Source of the DNA: an uncultured Burkholderiaceae bacterium
GTDB lineage: Bacteria; Pseudomonadota; Alphaproteobacteria; Acetobacterales; Acetobacteraceae
NCBI GenBank assembly: GCA_964657445.1
Contig: CAZZVB010000002.1
Span: 5,179-58,125 of the forward strand
DNA length: 52,947 nucleotides
Reading direction: 5' to 3'
The notes under the pieces: model-generated
What the model was told of the DNA's origin: nothing
The model's input: the letters and a program-made list of their open reading frames with translations, nothing else
The model's database searches: none
Position numbers and translations under genes: made by a program
Shown: piece after piece, positions 40,254 through 50,925 of the stretch
How positions within the stretch are numbered: the first letter of the stretch is position 1
How the letters are laid out: the number at the start of each line of letters is the position of its first letter

Positions 40254-41450
40254 ATGATCAGCCTTGCTGATGTGCAGGCCGCTGCCGGGCGCATTGAGGG
40301 GCGCGTGATCCGGACGCCCTCCCTGTATTCGGACGCGGTCAGCCGGGTAACGGACGCGCACGTCACCCTGAAACTTGAGAACCTGCAGGCTATCGGCTCG
40401 TTCAAAGAACGGGGTGCCGCGAATAAACTTGCCCTGCTTTCCCCAGAGGAACGGCGTGCCGGCGTGATCGCTATGTCGGCAGGCAACCACGCGCAGGCCG
40501 TCGCTCGCCATGCCTCCCTGGCTGGCATCACCGCTACCATCGTCATGCCGCGTTTTACCCCGGCGACCAAGGTGTCCCGCACCGCGGCCTGGGGCGCCAA
40601 GGTCGTGTTGCACGGCGAGACGTTGGTGGAATCAGCGCTCCATGCCCGCATGCTCGCGCAGGAACAGGGGCTGGTGTTCGTCCATCCCTACGACGACCCG
40701 GCCGTCATGGCCGGTCAAGGCACGCTCGCGCTGGAGTTGCTGGAGGATGCCGGGCCGCTGGATTGCCTGCTGGTCCCCGTCGGCGGCGGGGGCATGATCG
40801 CCGGTTGTGCCGCGGTGTGCGCTGCGCTGCGCCCGGGCCTGGAGGTGATCGGGGTTGAGGTCGCGGGCTACGCCTCGTTGGGCCAGACGCTTGCCGGACA
40901 ACCGGTGACGGTCGGCGGGGCCACCATTGCGGAGGGCATCGCGGTGCGTGACATCGGCATCGCACCGCTAGAGGTTATCCGCGCCTACGTCAGCGACGTC
41001 GTAGCCGTGCCGGAGCGGGTGGTCGAGGATGCGATCGCCTTACTGGCCGAGGGCGCCAAGCTGGTGGCTGAAGGCGCGGGGGCGACGGGCGTGGCGGCGC
41101 TGCTCGCCTTCCCCGAGCGGTTCCGCGGCCGCAGGGTCGCAACGGTGATCTGCGGCGGCAACATCGACGCCCGGATTCTCGCCAACGTGCTGTTGCGAGG
41201 CCTGTTGCGGGACGGCCGGCTGCTGCGCCTCATGCTGGAAATCCCGGACCGACCCGGCGTGCTCGCGGACATAGCCGGGCGCATTGCAGCCAAGGGCGGC
41301 AACGTCATCGAAGTCACCCACCAGCGCCTGTTCGCCGCGCCATCGGTGCAGACTGCCGAACTGGAGGTTATGGTCGAAGCCCGCGACCCCCTCCACGCCG
41401 ATGAAATCGCAGCCGCATTGGAAGAACACTACGTCGTACGGCGAGCGTAG
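40254..41450 (+). CDS. ilvA: Threonine ammonia-lyase with C-terminal ACT domain
   Basis: KLENLQAIGSFKERGA (PLP Lys), SAGNHAQ, VGGGG, CGGNID, PDRPGVL. Confidence 0.88.
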   Translation: MISLADVQAAAGRIEGRVIRTPSLYSDAVSRVTDAHVTLKLENLQAIGSFKERGAANKLALLSPEERRAGVIAMSAGNHAQAVARHASLAGITATIVMPRFTPATKVSRTAAWGAKVVLHGETLVESALHARMLAQEQGLVFVHPYDDPAVMAGQGTLALELLEDAGPLDCLLVPVGGGGMIAGCAAVCAALRPGLEVIGVEVAGYASLGQTLAGQPVTVGGATIAEGIAVRDIGIAPLEVIRAYVSDVVAVPERVVEDAIALLAEGAKLVAEGAGATGVAALLAFPERFRGRRVATVICGGNIDARILANVLLRGLLRDGRLLRLMLEIPDRPGVLADIAGRIAAKGGNVIEVTHQRLFAAPSVQTAELEVMVEARDPLHADEIAAALEEHYVVRRA

Positions 41451-41588
41451 GCGCGTAAGACCGGCGAGGGGCAGACTCGCGGATGCACAGACGAGCAACG
41501 CCCGGCGGAGCCCGGAGCAGCAACTTACAACCCATAGACGTTGCCCGAGTGGTCAACCTTGCCCCATGCTGCGCCGCGGAGAACCGCG

Positions 41589-43661
41589 ATGAGCTTCCAG
41601 TCAACCGTCTGCCCACATGATTGTCCGTCCTGCTGCGCGCTTGAGGTGGACGTGTCGGGCAATCGCATCGGCACGGTACGCGGTGCAGCGGCCAACAACT
41701 ACACCGCCGGGGTGATCTGCGCGAAGGTGGCGCGCTACGCCGAACGCCAGCACCACCCCGACCGCCTGACAACGCCGCTGTTGCGCAGTGGGCCGAAGGG
41801 TAGTGGCCAGTTCCGCCCGATCGGGTGGGATGAGGCGCTGGACCGGGTCGCAGACCAGTTCACCGCCATCACCCGGCGGCACGGCGCCGAAGCGGTCTGG
41901 CCATACTACTTCGCTGGCACCATGGGACATGTGCAGCGCGACGGCATCAACCGGCTGCGACATGTCATGCGCTACTCGCGCCAGAAGCTGACGATCTGCT
42001 CCGTCATCACGGATGCCGGCTGGCGCGCCGGGGTGGGGCGCATCACCGGACCTGACCCGCGGGAAATGGCCAAAAGCGACCTGATTGTCATGTGGGGCGG
42101 CAATCCCGTCGCAACCCAGGTCAACGTGATGACCCACATCACGCGGGCGCGAAAGCGCGGTGCCAAGCTGATCGTCGTGGACCCATACCGCACGGGGACG
42201 GCCGCGGTCGCCGACACGCATCTGGCCGTCAAGCCCGGCACGGACGGCGCGCTTGCCTGCGCTGTGATGCACTGTGCGTTCCGCGACGGCCTGGCCGACC
42301 GCGCCTACATGGCCAGTTATGCCGACGCGCCCGAGGCGCTGGAGGCGCATCTTCGCACTCGGTCGCCAGAATGGGCAGCCGCCATCACCGGCCTAACGGT
42401 TACGGAGATCGAGGACTTCGCCCACGCCTACAACACGACACAGCGGGCCTTCATCCGCGTCGGCTACGGGTTCAGCCGCGCCCGAAACGGGGCCGCGATG
42501 CTGCACGCCGTCACCTGCCTGCCCACCGTCACCGGCAAATGGCAGCACGAAGGTGCCGGCGCCTTTTGGAACAACCGCGACATCTACACCTGGGACAAAA
42601 CCCTCATTGAGGGCCTGGACCGGCGTGACCTGTCGGTTCGTGAGCTGGACATGAGCCGCATTGCCTCCGTTCTCGCAGGTGACCGGCGGGACCTCGGTGA
42701 CGGCCCGGCGGTGCACGCGCTGCTGATTCAGAACACCAATCCGGTGACCGTCGCGCCCGACAGCAACCGTGTGCGCCGGGGCTTTGCCCGCTCCGACCTG
42801 TTCACCGTCGTGCATGAGCAGTTCATGACCGAAACTGCTGAAATGGCCGACATCGTACTGCCGGCCACCACTTTCCTCGAGCATGACGACGTCTATCACG
42901 CCGGAGGTCATAGCCACGTTCAGATCGGCCGCAAATTGGTGCAACCGCCAGGCGAGTGCCGGTCCAATCATGAGGTCATCCAAGCGTTGGCAGCCAGGCT
43001 CGGGGCAAAGCATCCCGGCTTCGACATGACGGCGATGGACCTGGTGGACGCCACCCTCCGCGCCTCCGGCTACGAGGGTGCGGATGCCGTGATGGCCGGG
43101 CGCTGGGTGGACCGGCAGCCGAGCTTCCGCGAAAGCCATTTTCTGGACGGCTTCAAGCACCACCCCGGCGGCCGTTTCCGTTTCGCCCCGGACTGGAGCG
43201 CGATCGGCCCCGATCATGCCAATATGCCGCCCCTCCCCGACCACTGGGAAAGCTACGACGCCGCGACGGACAGGCATCCCTTCAGGCTGGTCACCGCGCC
43301 CGCGCGGCAATTCCTCAACACCAGCTTTACCGAAACACCGACATCGCGGAAGCGGGAGGGACGTCCCACCGCCCTCCTGCACCCGGCGGATGCGTCGCGG
43401 CTCGGTGTGGAGCCGGGCGACCGGCTACGCTTGGGCAACAGCCGAGGCGAAGTCGTGCTGCATGCAGCCATCGGGGAAGGCCAGCAACCCGGCACCGTGA
43501 TCGTCGAGAGCGTCTGGCCGAATCGCGCCTTCGAAGGCGGGATCGGCATCAACGCGCTCACCAGCGATGACCCGGCGTTCCCGAACGGCGGCGCCGTATT
43601 CCACGACACGGCGGTCTGGGTCAGGGCCGAGGCCTCGGTACTGGCGATTGCCGCGGAATAG
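41589..43661 (+). CDS. Molybdopterin-dependent oxidoreductase (cytoplasmic, DMSO reductase family)
   Basis: CPHDCPSCC...ICAK 4Fe-4S motif, WDEALD, ADIVLPATTFLE, FLNTSF, C-terminal molydop-binding domain. Confidence 0.9.
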   Translation: MSFQSTVCPHDCPSCCALEVDVSGNRIGTVRGAAANNYTAGVICAKVARYAERQHHPDRLTTPLLRSGPKGSGQFRPIGWDEALDRVADQFTAITRRHGAEAVWPYYFAGTMGHVQRDGINRLRHVMRYSRQKLTICSVITDAGWRAGVGRITGPDPREMAKSDLIVMWGGNPVATQVNVMTHITRARKRGAKLIVVDPYRTGTAAVADTHLAVKPGTDGALACAVMHCAFRDGLADRAYMASYADAPEALEAHLRTRSPEWAAAITGLTVTEIEDFAHAYNTTQRAFIRVGYGFSRARNGAAMLHAVTCLPTVTGKWQHEGAGAFWNNRDIYTWDKTLIEGLDRRDLSVRELDMSRIASVLAGDRRDLGDGPAVHALLIQNTNPVTVAPDSNRVRRGFARSDLFTVVHEQFMTETAEMADIVLPATTFLEHDDVYHAGGHSHVQIGRKLVQPPGECRSNHEVIQALAARLGAKHPGFDMTAMDLVDATLRASGYEGADAVMAGRWVDRQPSFRESHFLDGFKHHPGGRFRFAPDWSAIGPDHANMPPLPDHWESYDAATDRHPFRLVTAPARQFLNTSFTETPTSRKREGRPTALLHPADASRLGVEPGDRLRLGNSRGEVVLHAAIGEGQQPGTVIVESVWPNRAFEGGIGINALTSDDPAFPNGGAVFHDTAVWVRAEASVLAIAAE

Positions 43662-43670
43662 CCCGCAGTG

Positions 43671-43698
43671 TTGTCACAAGGGGGCGGGCTACCCATTT
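43671..43698 (+). promoter_or_regulatory. Possible RpoH (sigma32) promoter of msrB
   Basis: TTG-N18-CCCATTT resembles the alphaproteobacterial RpoH consensus. Confidence 0.4.
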
Positions 43699-43718
43699 TG
43701 CGGCCATAAGCAGGAGAC

Positions 43719-44162
43719 GTGATCATGGCCAACTGGTTCGCCAGCCCAAAGCCCGAAGAGGCGCCCGCGGAGAGCTTTCCCGTCGAGCACAGTGCGCAGG
43801 AATGGCAACTCAAGCTCACCCCCGAACAGTTCCGCGTGCTGCGCCAACACGGCACCGAGCGCGCGGGCACAAGTCCACTGAATTTTGAGAAGCGCTCCGG
43901 TGTCTTCTCATGCGCCGGGTGCGGGCAGGAGTTGTTCACGTCGGATACGAAATACGAGAGCGGCAGCGGCTGGCCGAGCTTCTTCCGGCCGATCGAGGGC
44001 GCGGTCGAGACCAGCACGGACCGTAGCCATTTCATGGTCCGCACCGAGGCGCATTGCAGCCGGTGCGGCGGCCATCTCGGCCACGTTTTCCCCGATGGTC
44101 CGCAGCCGACCGGCGAGCGCTACTGCATGAATGGGCTTTCGCTGAGCTTCCAGCCGGACTGA
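43719..44162 (+). CDS. msrB: Peptide-methionine (R)-S-oxide reductase MsrB
   Basis: [38 protein letters not shown]; CAGGAG RBS (start 43719 or 43725). Confidence 0.97.
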   Translation: MIMANWFASPKPEEAPAESFPVEHSAQEWQLKLTPEQFRVLRQHGTERAGTSPLNFEKRSGVFSCAGCGQELFTSDTKYESGSGWPSFFRPIEGAVETSTDRSHFMVRTEAHCSRCGGHLGHVFPDGPQPTGERYCMNGLSLSFQPD

Positions 44163-44262
44163 CTGCCTGGCTCGGTGGGGCGGGCTACACCCGCTCCACT
44201 CTTGCGGAGTTCCGGTGGGGCGCTGATGGTTCATGAAACCGCAACGCCTCCCGGGGAATGCC

Positions 44263-46431
44263 ATGGCGCTCGAAATCAAAGTCGGCCCGCCGCAACTGGC
44301 CATCCATCAAGGCAATTCGGTGCTCATTACCGAACCGGATGGCCAAATACGATGGCCGACCCCAATGGGGCTATACTTTTTCGATACGCGCATGATCAGC
44401 GCCTGGACGATCTATGCCAATGGTGTGGAATGGGATCTGCTGAACAGCGGCACGCCGTCTTACTATCTGGCGCGGATCTATCTGACGAACCGCTCGATCC
44501 CGACCGAAACCGCCGACATCCCAGCGCGCACCCTCAATCTCGTAATAAACCGCCGCATGGATGGCGGCATCCATGAGGATTACGACCTTACGAATCACAG
44601 TGCCGAACCGGTCCGATTCAATCTCGAGGTCGTCCTGCGCAGCGACTTCGCAGATGTCTTCGAAGTCAAAGCCGATCGCATCGTCCGGCGCGGCCGTATA
44701 ACGAGCGAATGGCTAGATGCCGAACAGATGCTGGTCAACAGCTATGGCAACCAGGACTTCCATCGTTCAATCAGCATCACCGCTCACGGTGGACCCACTC
44801 ACGCGGTGTACGCCAACGGACGCATCAGCTTCGAAGTGGCGCTCGACCCGGGTCAACACTGGCACACCTGCCTCGGCTACGACCTGCATGACGGCCTGAC
44901 GGAATATGCCGCACCTAGCCAGTGCGCGAACGATACGGCGGTATCCGACGAGGGCGAGGTGATGACGGCATGGCGTGCCGGAGTGACCAAGCTGCAGACG
45001 CCGAATGAAACATTCCGCAGGGTGTTCGAACAGTCACTCGATGATATGGCGGCGTTACGTTTGCCTTATTTGTCTGGAATGGGCGAAGAGGCCGTCCCGG
45101 CAGCCGGCTTGCCCTGGTTTGTTGCCCTGTTCGGGCGCGACAGCTTGATCGTCTCCCTGCAAGCCGCCCTGGTTTATCCGGAGTTCGCCCGTGGCGCGCT
45201 GGACGTCCTGGCGCAGTGGCAAGCATCCGAGCGCGACGACTATCGCGATGCAGAACCGGGCAAGATTCTACACGAGCTGCGGCGGGGTGAACTCGCGCAC
45301 TTCAAGCTCATTCCCCACACGCCGTATTACGGCACCGCGGATGCGACCCCGCTTTACCTCATTACCTTGCACACGGCATGGCGCTGCACAGGCGATCTGG
45401 AGCTGGTCCGCCGGCTGCTGCCGAATGCGGAGCGCTGCTTAAGCTGGATCGATGACTGGGGCGACCGCGACGGTGACGGCCTGCAGGAATACCAGACCCG
45501 GTCGCCCAAGGGCTACGAGAACATGGCATGGAAAGACTCGGGGGATTCCGTGATGCATGCGGACGGCAGCACGGTGCATGGCCCCAAAGCGCTGTGTGAG
45601 CTGCAAGGCTATGTGTTCGATGCCTGGATGCGCATGGCTGAGTTATACGATGCTTTGGGCAACGACCATCGCGCGTCCGAGATGCGTGCCAAGGCAAGCG
45701 CGCTGTTCCGGCATTTCAATGAGCTATTTTGGAATGAGGATGAAGGTTTCTACGCTTACGGGCTCGATGGGGATAAGCGGCCCATCCTAAGCGTGGCATC
45801 CAACCCCGGTCACCTCCTATGGTCGGGCATCGTGCCGGTCGATCGTGCCAAGCGGGTCATTGCGCGGCTGATGCAGGACGATATGTGGAGCGGCTGGGGC
45901 ATACGGACGCTTTCCGCGAAGCACCCGAGCTATAACCCATACTCGTACCAGAACGGCTCCATCTGGCCGCATGACAACGGGCTGATCGCGCAAGGCTTCA
46001 AGCGATACGGCTACGCCGCCGAGGCGAATGCAATTGCCCGCGATGTCTTGGGCGCGGCGCAGTATTTCATGCTCAATCAGCTGCCGGAGCTTTACGCCGG
46101 GGTGCAACGCACACCGAGCGGGTTTCCGGTGCAATACCTCGGCGCCAATGTGCCGCAGGCCTGGGCTGCAGGGTCGGTGTTCTCCCTGGTGCAGGCGATG
46201 ATCGGCTTCCAGCCAGACGCACCCAACCGCAGGCTGCTGATAGATCCCACCCTGCCGGATTGGCTGCCGGAATTTACCTTGACGGGGCTTCTGATCGGGC
46301 AGGAACGGTTTGACATCCGTTTTGCTCGCCATGGAGCCGAAACGGAGTTCGAAGTCCTGAGGGGTGACCCGTCCAGGGTCGTGCGACAACCGATGACGAT
46401 ATGGATGCAAGAAGAAAGCTTGCTTAATTAG
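44263..46431 (+). CDS. Amylo-alpha-1,6-glucosidase family protein (GDE_N_bis + GDE_C)
   Basis: GLYFFDTR, DFADVFEV, AAGLPWFVALFGRDSL, EPGKILHELR, WKDSGD, YQNGSIWPHDN, PQAWAA. Confidence 0.9.
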   Translation: MALEIKVGPPQLAIHQGNSVLITEPDGQIRWPTPMGLYFFDTRMISAWTIYANGVEWDLLNSGTPSYYLARIYLTNRSIPTETADIPARTLNLVINRRMDGGIHEDYDLTNHSAEPVRFNLEVVLRSDFADVFEVKADRIVRRGRITSEWLDAEQMLVNSYGNQDFHRSISITAHGGPTHAVYANGRISFEVALDPGQHWHTCLGYDLHDGLTEYAAPSQCANDTAVSDEGEVMTAWRAGVTKLQTPNETFRRVFEQSLDDMAALRLPYLSGMGEEAVPAAGLPWFVALFGRDSLIVSLQAALVYPEFARGALDVLAQWQASERDDYRDAEPGKILHELRRGELAHFKLIPHTPYYGTADATPLYLITLHTAWRCTGDLELVRRLLPNAERCLSWIDDWGDRDGDGLQEYQTRSPKGYENMAWKDSGDSVMHADGSTVHGPKALCELQGYVFDAWMRMAELYDALGNDHRASEMRAKASALFRHFNELFWNEDEGFYAYGLDGDKRPILSVASNPGHLLWSGIVPVDRAKRVIARLMQDDMWSGWGIRTLSAKHPSYNPYSYQNGSIWPHDNGLIAQGFKRYGYAAEANAIARDVLGAAQYFMLNQLPELYAGVQRTPSGFPVQYLGANVPQAWAAGSVFSLVQAMIGFQPDAPNRRLLIDPTLPDWLPEFTLTGLLIGQERFDIRFARHGAETEFEVLRGDPSRVVRQPMTIWMQEESLLN

Positions 46432-46505
46432 ATCGTTTACGCAACTAATAAGACCTGTTTCTCGTCACATCATGTGGGCGGCTGCGGCTGAAAGGTTGCG
46501 CTTCG

Positions 46506-46664
46506 ATGGACTACGAAGATCGCCGGGCGTGGGAGGACGCCTTGAACGAAGCAAAAGTAGCATCCACGCCGCCACGGGAGACGGACTTAGGCTGGCTTTA
46601 TACGACTATAGGCATCGCGGCTGCCCTCGTTGCACTTTGGGCACTTTACAACTGGGCGGGCTAG
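46506..46664 (+). CDS. Small membrane protein, 52 aa (absent from the ORF track)
   Basis: GAAAGG RBS; MDYEDRRAWEDALNEAKVASTPPRETDLGWLYTTIGIAAALVALWALYNWAG has an acidic N-terminus and a C-terminal TM helix. Confidence 0.55.
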   Translation: MDYEDRRAWEDALNEAKVASTPPRETDLGWLYTTIGIAAALVALWALYNWAG

Positions 46665-46677
46665 ACCCACGCCAGCG

Positions 46678-47172
46678 TCAAAGCGCCGCAACCTTTATCT
46701 TGGCTGTATCGCCAGCATCGACCCGGTCCACGACCTGGCGCAATGCGGCCCCGATGGCGCCACTGTCATGCAGTTGTGCGTCATCGCTCAGTAATAAGCG
46801 GACGCTATCAAGATGGATCTGGATTGCCTGCGCCGAAAATTGGCCGGACATGCTGAACCGGTCCAGCAGCGTGCACAGGCTGAACGCAACCTCACCTAGT
46901 TCGGCCAACCCGAATACCGCAGCAACCCCGACCAGACCGTTGCTCAGCGTGTAGAGCTCCAGTTCGGCTGCGGCATCACGCGTAACGGCCAGGGACTTGC
47001 CAAGCGTCACCATGCGGGCCGCACTGGCGCGGATCTCCTCTAACCCTCGGTCACGGATTGTTTGCAATTGGCGGTCTGCTGCCGCAACCGCCTCCAGCAA
47101 GGTCAGGCCGCCGGGTGCGTTGACCAGCTTAGCCAGGCGTTGCCCCGACGATGGTGTAAGCCTTGCTGTCAC
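46678..47172 (-). CDS. Chemotaxis operon protein, CheE-like
   Basis: LAKLVNAPGGLT motif, helical; last gene of an operon syntenic with the Caulobacter che operon. Confidence 0.65.
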   Translation of the reverse strand: MTARLTPSSGQRLAKLVNAPGGLTLLEAVAAADRQLQTIRDRGLEEIRASAARMVTLGKSLAVTRDAAAELELYTLSNGLVGVAAVFGLAELGEVAFSLCTLLDRFSMSGQFSAQAIQIHLDSVRLLLSDDAQLHDSGAIGAALRQVVDRVDAGDTAKIKVAAL

Positions 47173-47783
47173 CGAAGCGCTCCTTTCCCGGAAACCATCG
47201 CATCGATTTCGTGCTGGCTCAGGTTCGGCGCCCGGGCCTCCCCGACGTGAAGAGATAAGTCGTCCCGCCGGCGGCCCTGCTGGCCTGCAGGTGGCCCCAG
47301 CTTCTGAAAACGTCGATCGGGCCCGGCATAGCTCGCGCAGGTGATGAAGGCCCGAGCATCCTTCGCAAGCCAGACAATCCGCTCATACATAATTTGCGGG
47401 GTGATCGGCTTGGCGATGACGAAGCTGGCGCCGCAATCCCGTGCGCGCACGACGTTGCTGTGCAAGGTATGCCCCGCCAGGAGGATTACGGACATTTCCC
47501 GGACGGTGTCCGATGGATGGCGTCGCAGCCACCGAATGAAGTCGTAGGCATCGGGTTGCCCCTCCCCCGCCTGGCAGGTACCAACGATCGTAAGATCGGC
47601 CCCATTGCGCTGGACATGGTCCTGCGCCGCCAAAGCGTCATCGAGCCGGGTCACGCCGCGGACTTTGAAGCCCATAAACACCTGCGACAGGATCTCTGCC
47701 TCGAGCTTGCTGCTTTCGACAACGAGGACATCCAGCCGCCCGAAATACAGCCTCGCATCCAACTCCGCCGGAGACGTGTTCAA
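47169..47783 (-). CDS. CheY-like c-di-GMP effector (Cle-type pseudo-receiver)
   Basis: REC fold (ARDCGA..IAKP) plus an Arg-rich region YAGPDRRF...GRRRDD; Gly at the phospho-Asp position (DLTIVG). Confidence 0.75.
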   Translation of the reverse strand: MNTSPAELDARLYFGRLDVLVVESSKLEAEILSQVFMGFKVRGVTRLDDALAAQDHVQRNGADLTIVGTCQAGEGQPDAYDFIRWLRRHPSDTVREMSVILLAGHTLHSNVVRARDCGASFVIAKPITPQIMYERIVWLAKDARAFITCASYAGPDRRFQKLGPPAGQQGRRRDDLSLHVGEARAPNLSQHEIDAMVSGKGALR

Positions 47784-47785
47784 CG

Positions 47786-48100
47786 CTAGAACAACTCCAA
47801 CGCGCCGGCCGGAGCGTCGGGGCCACTCACTCGCCCAGCTAACCGGTCCGCCAGCCGGCTGACCGGGACGGCATCAAGCAGGTCGTCGAGGTTCAACGCG
47901 CACTCCGGCAGCATGGGGCAGAGTGCGGCCAGGAAACCGGCGAGGCCAGCCAGGGTCTGACTCAGGCGATCCAACGGCTGAAGCCGCTGCACCAGCGAGA
48001 TATCGGCCGCACCGGCTTCGTCCGCAACAGCGGCGAGCGTGGACAGTTCCTCTGCCGCGGCCTGCAGAACAGAACTCAACGGACGCGCTGTGACGCTCAC
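47786..48100 (-). CDS. Small chemotaxis protein (CheU/CheT-like)
   Basis: LQPLDRLSQTLAGLAGFL, LADRL, C-terminal GALELF; follows cheD. Confidence 0.6.
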   Translation of the reverse strand: MSVTARPLSSVLQAAAEELSTLAAVADEAGAADISLVQRLQPLDRLSQTLAGLAGFLAALCPMLPECALNLDDLLDAVPVSRLADRLAGRVSGPDAPAGALELF

Positions 48101-48645
48101 GCAAACAACTCCACCGAACCGTCCGACTGAGCCGGCACGCGCTTCACCCGGCTTTCCTCAGCGAAGACGGCGGTGCCGGGTCCTTGCAGCAGGAACTGGC
48201 GTGCCCGGCCGGCGACCGGCCAATATTCAATCCGGCGCGCATGCACACCACGCAGGCTTCCGCCCGCACAGGCAATGCGCTCGCGCTTTACGAAATGCTC
48301 GGCGAATTCGGCGTTAAGGTTGCCGATGTCGGTCAACCCTCTCACCAAACGTGCGCCGCCAAACAGCTTGGCCTGCAGCCGCTCACGCCGGGCGCCCCGC
48401 TGCAGCAGGCCGTTGACCAGCATTTCCATGGCGTGAACGCCGTGTCGCGCCGCCGGGCCTGCAGCCAAATCGTCACCCGGCAGCAGGAAATGGTTCATCC
48501 CGCCCACTCCGGCCAGCGGGTCGTGCATGCAGGCAGCGACGCACGAACCAAGGATCGTAGTCAGCACCACCTCGCCATCACCGCAGACATAGAATTCGCC
48601 CTGCACCACGGTGATTCGCGTGTTCGTCGCGTCAATGACCGGCAT
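48097..48645 (-). CDS. cheD: Chemoreceptor glutamine deamidase CheD
   Basis: TTILGSCVA, GGMNHFLLP, AKLFGGA, IGNLN. Confidence 0.95.
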   Translation of the reverse strand: MPVIDATNTRITVVQGEFYVCGDGEVVLTTILGSCVAACMHDPLAGVGGMNHFLLPGDDLAAGPAARHGVHAMEMLVNGLLQRGARRERLQAKLFGGARLVRGLTDIGNLNAEFAEHFVKRERIACAGGSLRGVHARRIEYWPVAGRARQFLLQGPGTAVFAEESRVKRVPAQSDGSVELFA

Positions 48646-49034
48646 CAGGTCAGTGGCCCCAACACGGCTTCGATCTTGTCGCGCAACGTCTGGATCGTGA
48701 ATGGCTTGACGAGGAAATTATTGACGCCGAACTGCACGGCGCGCTGCACCAGATCCGCATCGCCCCGGCCGGTCAGCATGATGTAGGCAGTCTTGGCGGT
48801 CGGCGGATAGAGCCGCACCGCCCGCAGCAACCCGAGCCCGTCCAGCTTCGGCATGTTGAAGTCACTGATCACGAGGCTGGCAGAGTTGGTGGCGAGCGCC
48901 CGCATGCCCGCTTCCCCATCCCCTGCCTCATCGAACTCCCGAAAGCCCAATTGCTGCAGGCCGCCCCGGATGAGCTGCCGCATGGACGCCTGGTCGTCCA
49001 CGATCAGGACCCTGACACTTGCAGCGCTCGGCAT
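48645..49034 (-). CDS. cheY: Chemotaxis response regulator CheY
   Basis: [26 protein letters not shown]; CAGGAGG RBS before ATG 49034. Confidence 0.92.
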   Translation of the reverse strand: MPSAASVRVLIVDDQASMRQLIRGGLQQLGFREFDEAGDGEAGMRALATNSASLVISDFNMPKLDGLGLLRAVRLYPPTAKTAYIMLTGRGDADLVQRAVQFGVNNFLVKPFTIQTLRDKIEAVLGPLT

Positions 49035-50056
49035 GCGCGACCTCCTGCATGGCTGGCGGTGAGCAAGGCGGTGGCCACTTGCTGCAGCGGGACTTGTGTC
49101 TGCACGGCTCCGAGTTCGTAAGCAGCTTTCGGCATCCCGTAGACGACGCTGCTGGCCTCGTCCTGCCCGATGGTGGTGGACCCGGCGCGGCGCATCGCGA
49201 GCAAGCCCTGCGCGCCATCCGTCCCCATGCCAGTCAGGATCACGCCCACACTCCGGGCGCCAGCCGACGCGGCGACCGAACCGAACAGCACGTCCACCGA
49301 GGGCCGGTGGCCGTTTACGGGGCCGCCATGCGACAGGCGGCAACGCCACGGCCCAGCGCTGGAACCGGTGACCTCGAGATGGGTCAACCCACCCGGCGCC
49401 AGATAGATCTGCCCCGGCAACAACGGCGCCCCGTCCGTCGCCTCGCACACCGCCGCCGCGCATGATCGGTCGAGCCGGTTGGCGAAGGAACCCGTGAACG
49501 TCGCAGGCATATGCTGCGCGATCACCGTGGGCGGGCAATTGGCGGGAAAATTCGCCAGGATCGCCAGCAGCGCCTCAACGCCGCCGGTCGAGGAGCCGAT
49601 GGCGACAACCATGTTGGCCGGCTCAAAGCTGCGAGGCGGCGGCGTAGGGCTTGCCTTGCGCGCTGGCCGCACGCGCGCCGAAGCGGCGACGCAGACGATG
49701 TCAGCCAGGCGGTCGAAGCCGGCGTTGTCGCCTAGACGTGGCTTGGCGACGCAATCCACTGCGCCGAGTTCGAGCGCGCGCAACGTCGCATCCGCCCCGC
49801 GCTGCGTCAGGCTGGACACCATGACGACTGGGAGCGGGCGCAATCGCATCAAACGTTCGAGGAAATCGAGGCCGTTCATCTGCGGCATCTCGATATCGAG
49901 TGTGACGACATCGGGATCGAAGTCCTTGATCGCCTGCCGTGCCTGAAATGGATCTCCGGCTTGCCCCACGACGCTCAGCCTCGGGTCTTCCTCTAGCGCC
50001 CGGGTGATGACGGCGCGCATGGTCGGCGAGTCGTCCACGACGAGGACGCGGATCAT
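49004..50056 (-). CDS. cheB: Chemotaxis methylesterase CheB
   Basis: REC domain plus [33 protein letters not shown]. Confidence 0.96.
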   Translation of the reverse strand: MIRVLVVDDSPTMRAVITRALEEDPRLSVVGQAGDPFQARQAIKDFDPDVVTLDIEMPQMNGLDFLERLMRLRPLPVVMVSSLTQRGADATLRALELGAVDCVAKPRLGDNAGFDRLADIVCVAASARVRPARKASPTPPPRSFEPANMVVAIGSSTGGVEALLAILANFPANCPPTVIAQHMPATFTGSFANRLDRSCAAAVCEATDGAPLLPGQIYLAPGGLTHLEVTGSSAGPWRCRLSHGGPVNGHRPSVDVLFGSVAASAGARSVGVILTGMGTDGAQGLLAMRRAGSTTIGQDEASSVVYGMPKAAYELGAVQTQVPLQQVATALLTASHAGGRACRALQVSGS

Positions 50057-50925
50057 GCGGCGACACGCTGGTATGTGGTCACGCCGACATTGGCGAAGCT
50101 CATGGCAGCTTCACTGGGCAGACGTTCGGAATGACCGAGATAGAGGACGCCGCCCGGTTTCAAAGCCTGCGTGAAACGCGCCGCGATACTGGCCTGGGTC
50201 GGCTCGGCAAAATAGATCAGCACGTTGCGGCACAGCACCGCGTCAAAACGCTGCTGCATCGGCCATGGCCCGATCAGGTTGAGCGGCCGGAACGCGACGA
50301 GTTCGCGCAATGCCTCTCCGATCTGCCAGCCGCTCCCGTCACGGACGAACCAGGTGTCGCGCAACGCTGCAGGCAGCAACGCTATGGCTTGGGCGCCGTA
50401 ACGGCCATCCCGCGCATGAGCCAAGACGGTTGTGTCGATGTCCGTGGCCAGGATCCGCACGTCCAGTTTCGCAGCACCCGGCAGTAGCCGCAGCACCGTC
50501 ATGGCGAGCGAATACGGCTCCTCCCCAGTGGAACACGCAGCGGACCAAAGACGCACCCGGCCGCCCTGTTCCGCGGCGCGCAGCAAGGGTGGCAGGACGA
50601 CCTCGCGCAGGTGGTCGAAATGATGCGGCTCGCGGAAGAAGCGGGTGACGTTCGTAGTCAACGCCTCGATCATGTGGCGCCGTTCGGCCTGCCCACTCGC
50701 TCCGTCCAGCAAGGCGCGATAGTCGCTGAAATGCGTCAGGCCCAAGGAACGCAGCCGTTTGCCGAGGCGTGAGTAGAGCTGGGCTGCCTTGCCATCGTGC
50801 AGGATGATGCCCGTCTCGGTCGCCAGCAGCGCCGCAATGGCGCTGAAATCAGCTTGCGTCAGCACAAATTCACCATCGAGCAGGCTCGGTTTGGCCTGCG
50901 GCGTCTCCTGTAAGGTGACGCTCAT
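50053..50925 (-). CDS. cheR: Chemotaxis methyltransferase CheR
   Basis: [41 protein letters not shown]. Confidence 0.97.
   Translation of the reverse strand: MSVTLQETPQAKPSLLDGEFVLTQADFSAIAALLATETGIILHDGKAAQLYSRLGKRLRSLGLTHFSDYRALLDGASGQAERRHMIEALTTNVTRFFREPHHFDHLREVVLPPLLRAAEQGGRVRLWSAACSTGEEPYSLAMTVLRLLPGAAKLDVRILATDIDTTVLAHARDGRYGAQAIALLPAALRDTWFVRDGSGWQIGEALRELVAFRPLNLIGPWPMQQRFDAVLCRNVLIYFAEPTQASIAARFTQALKPGGVLYLGHSERLPSEAAMSFANVGVTTYQRVAA

Noticed and set aside
46472-46954. 160-aa plus-strand ORF
   Set aside because: It overlaps the cheE-like gene antisense; the 52-aa ORF in another frame has the better RBS and protein-like features.
49004-49538. 297-aa CheY ORF and the 31-nt cheB/cheY overlap
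   Set aside because: The extension is an alternative frame of cheB; cheY has its own SD before 49034. The short overlap is unremarkable.
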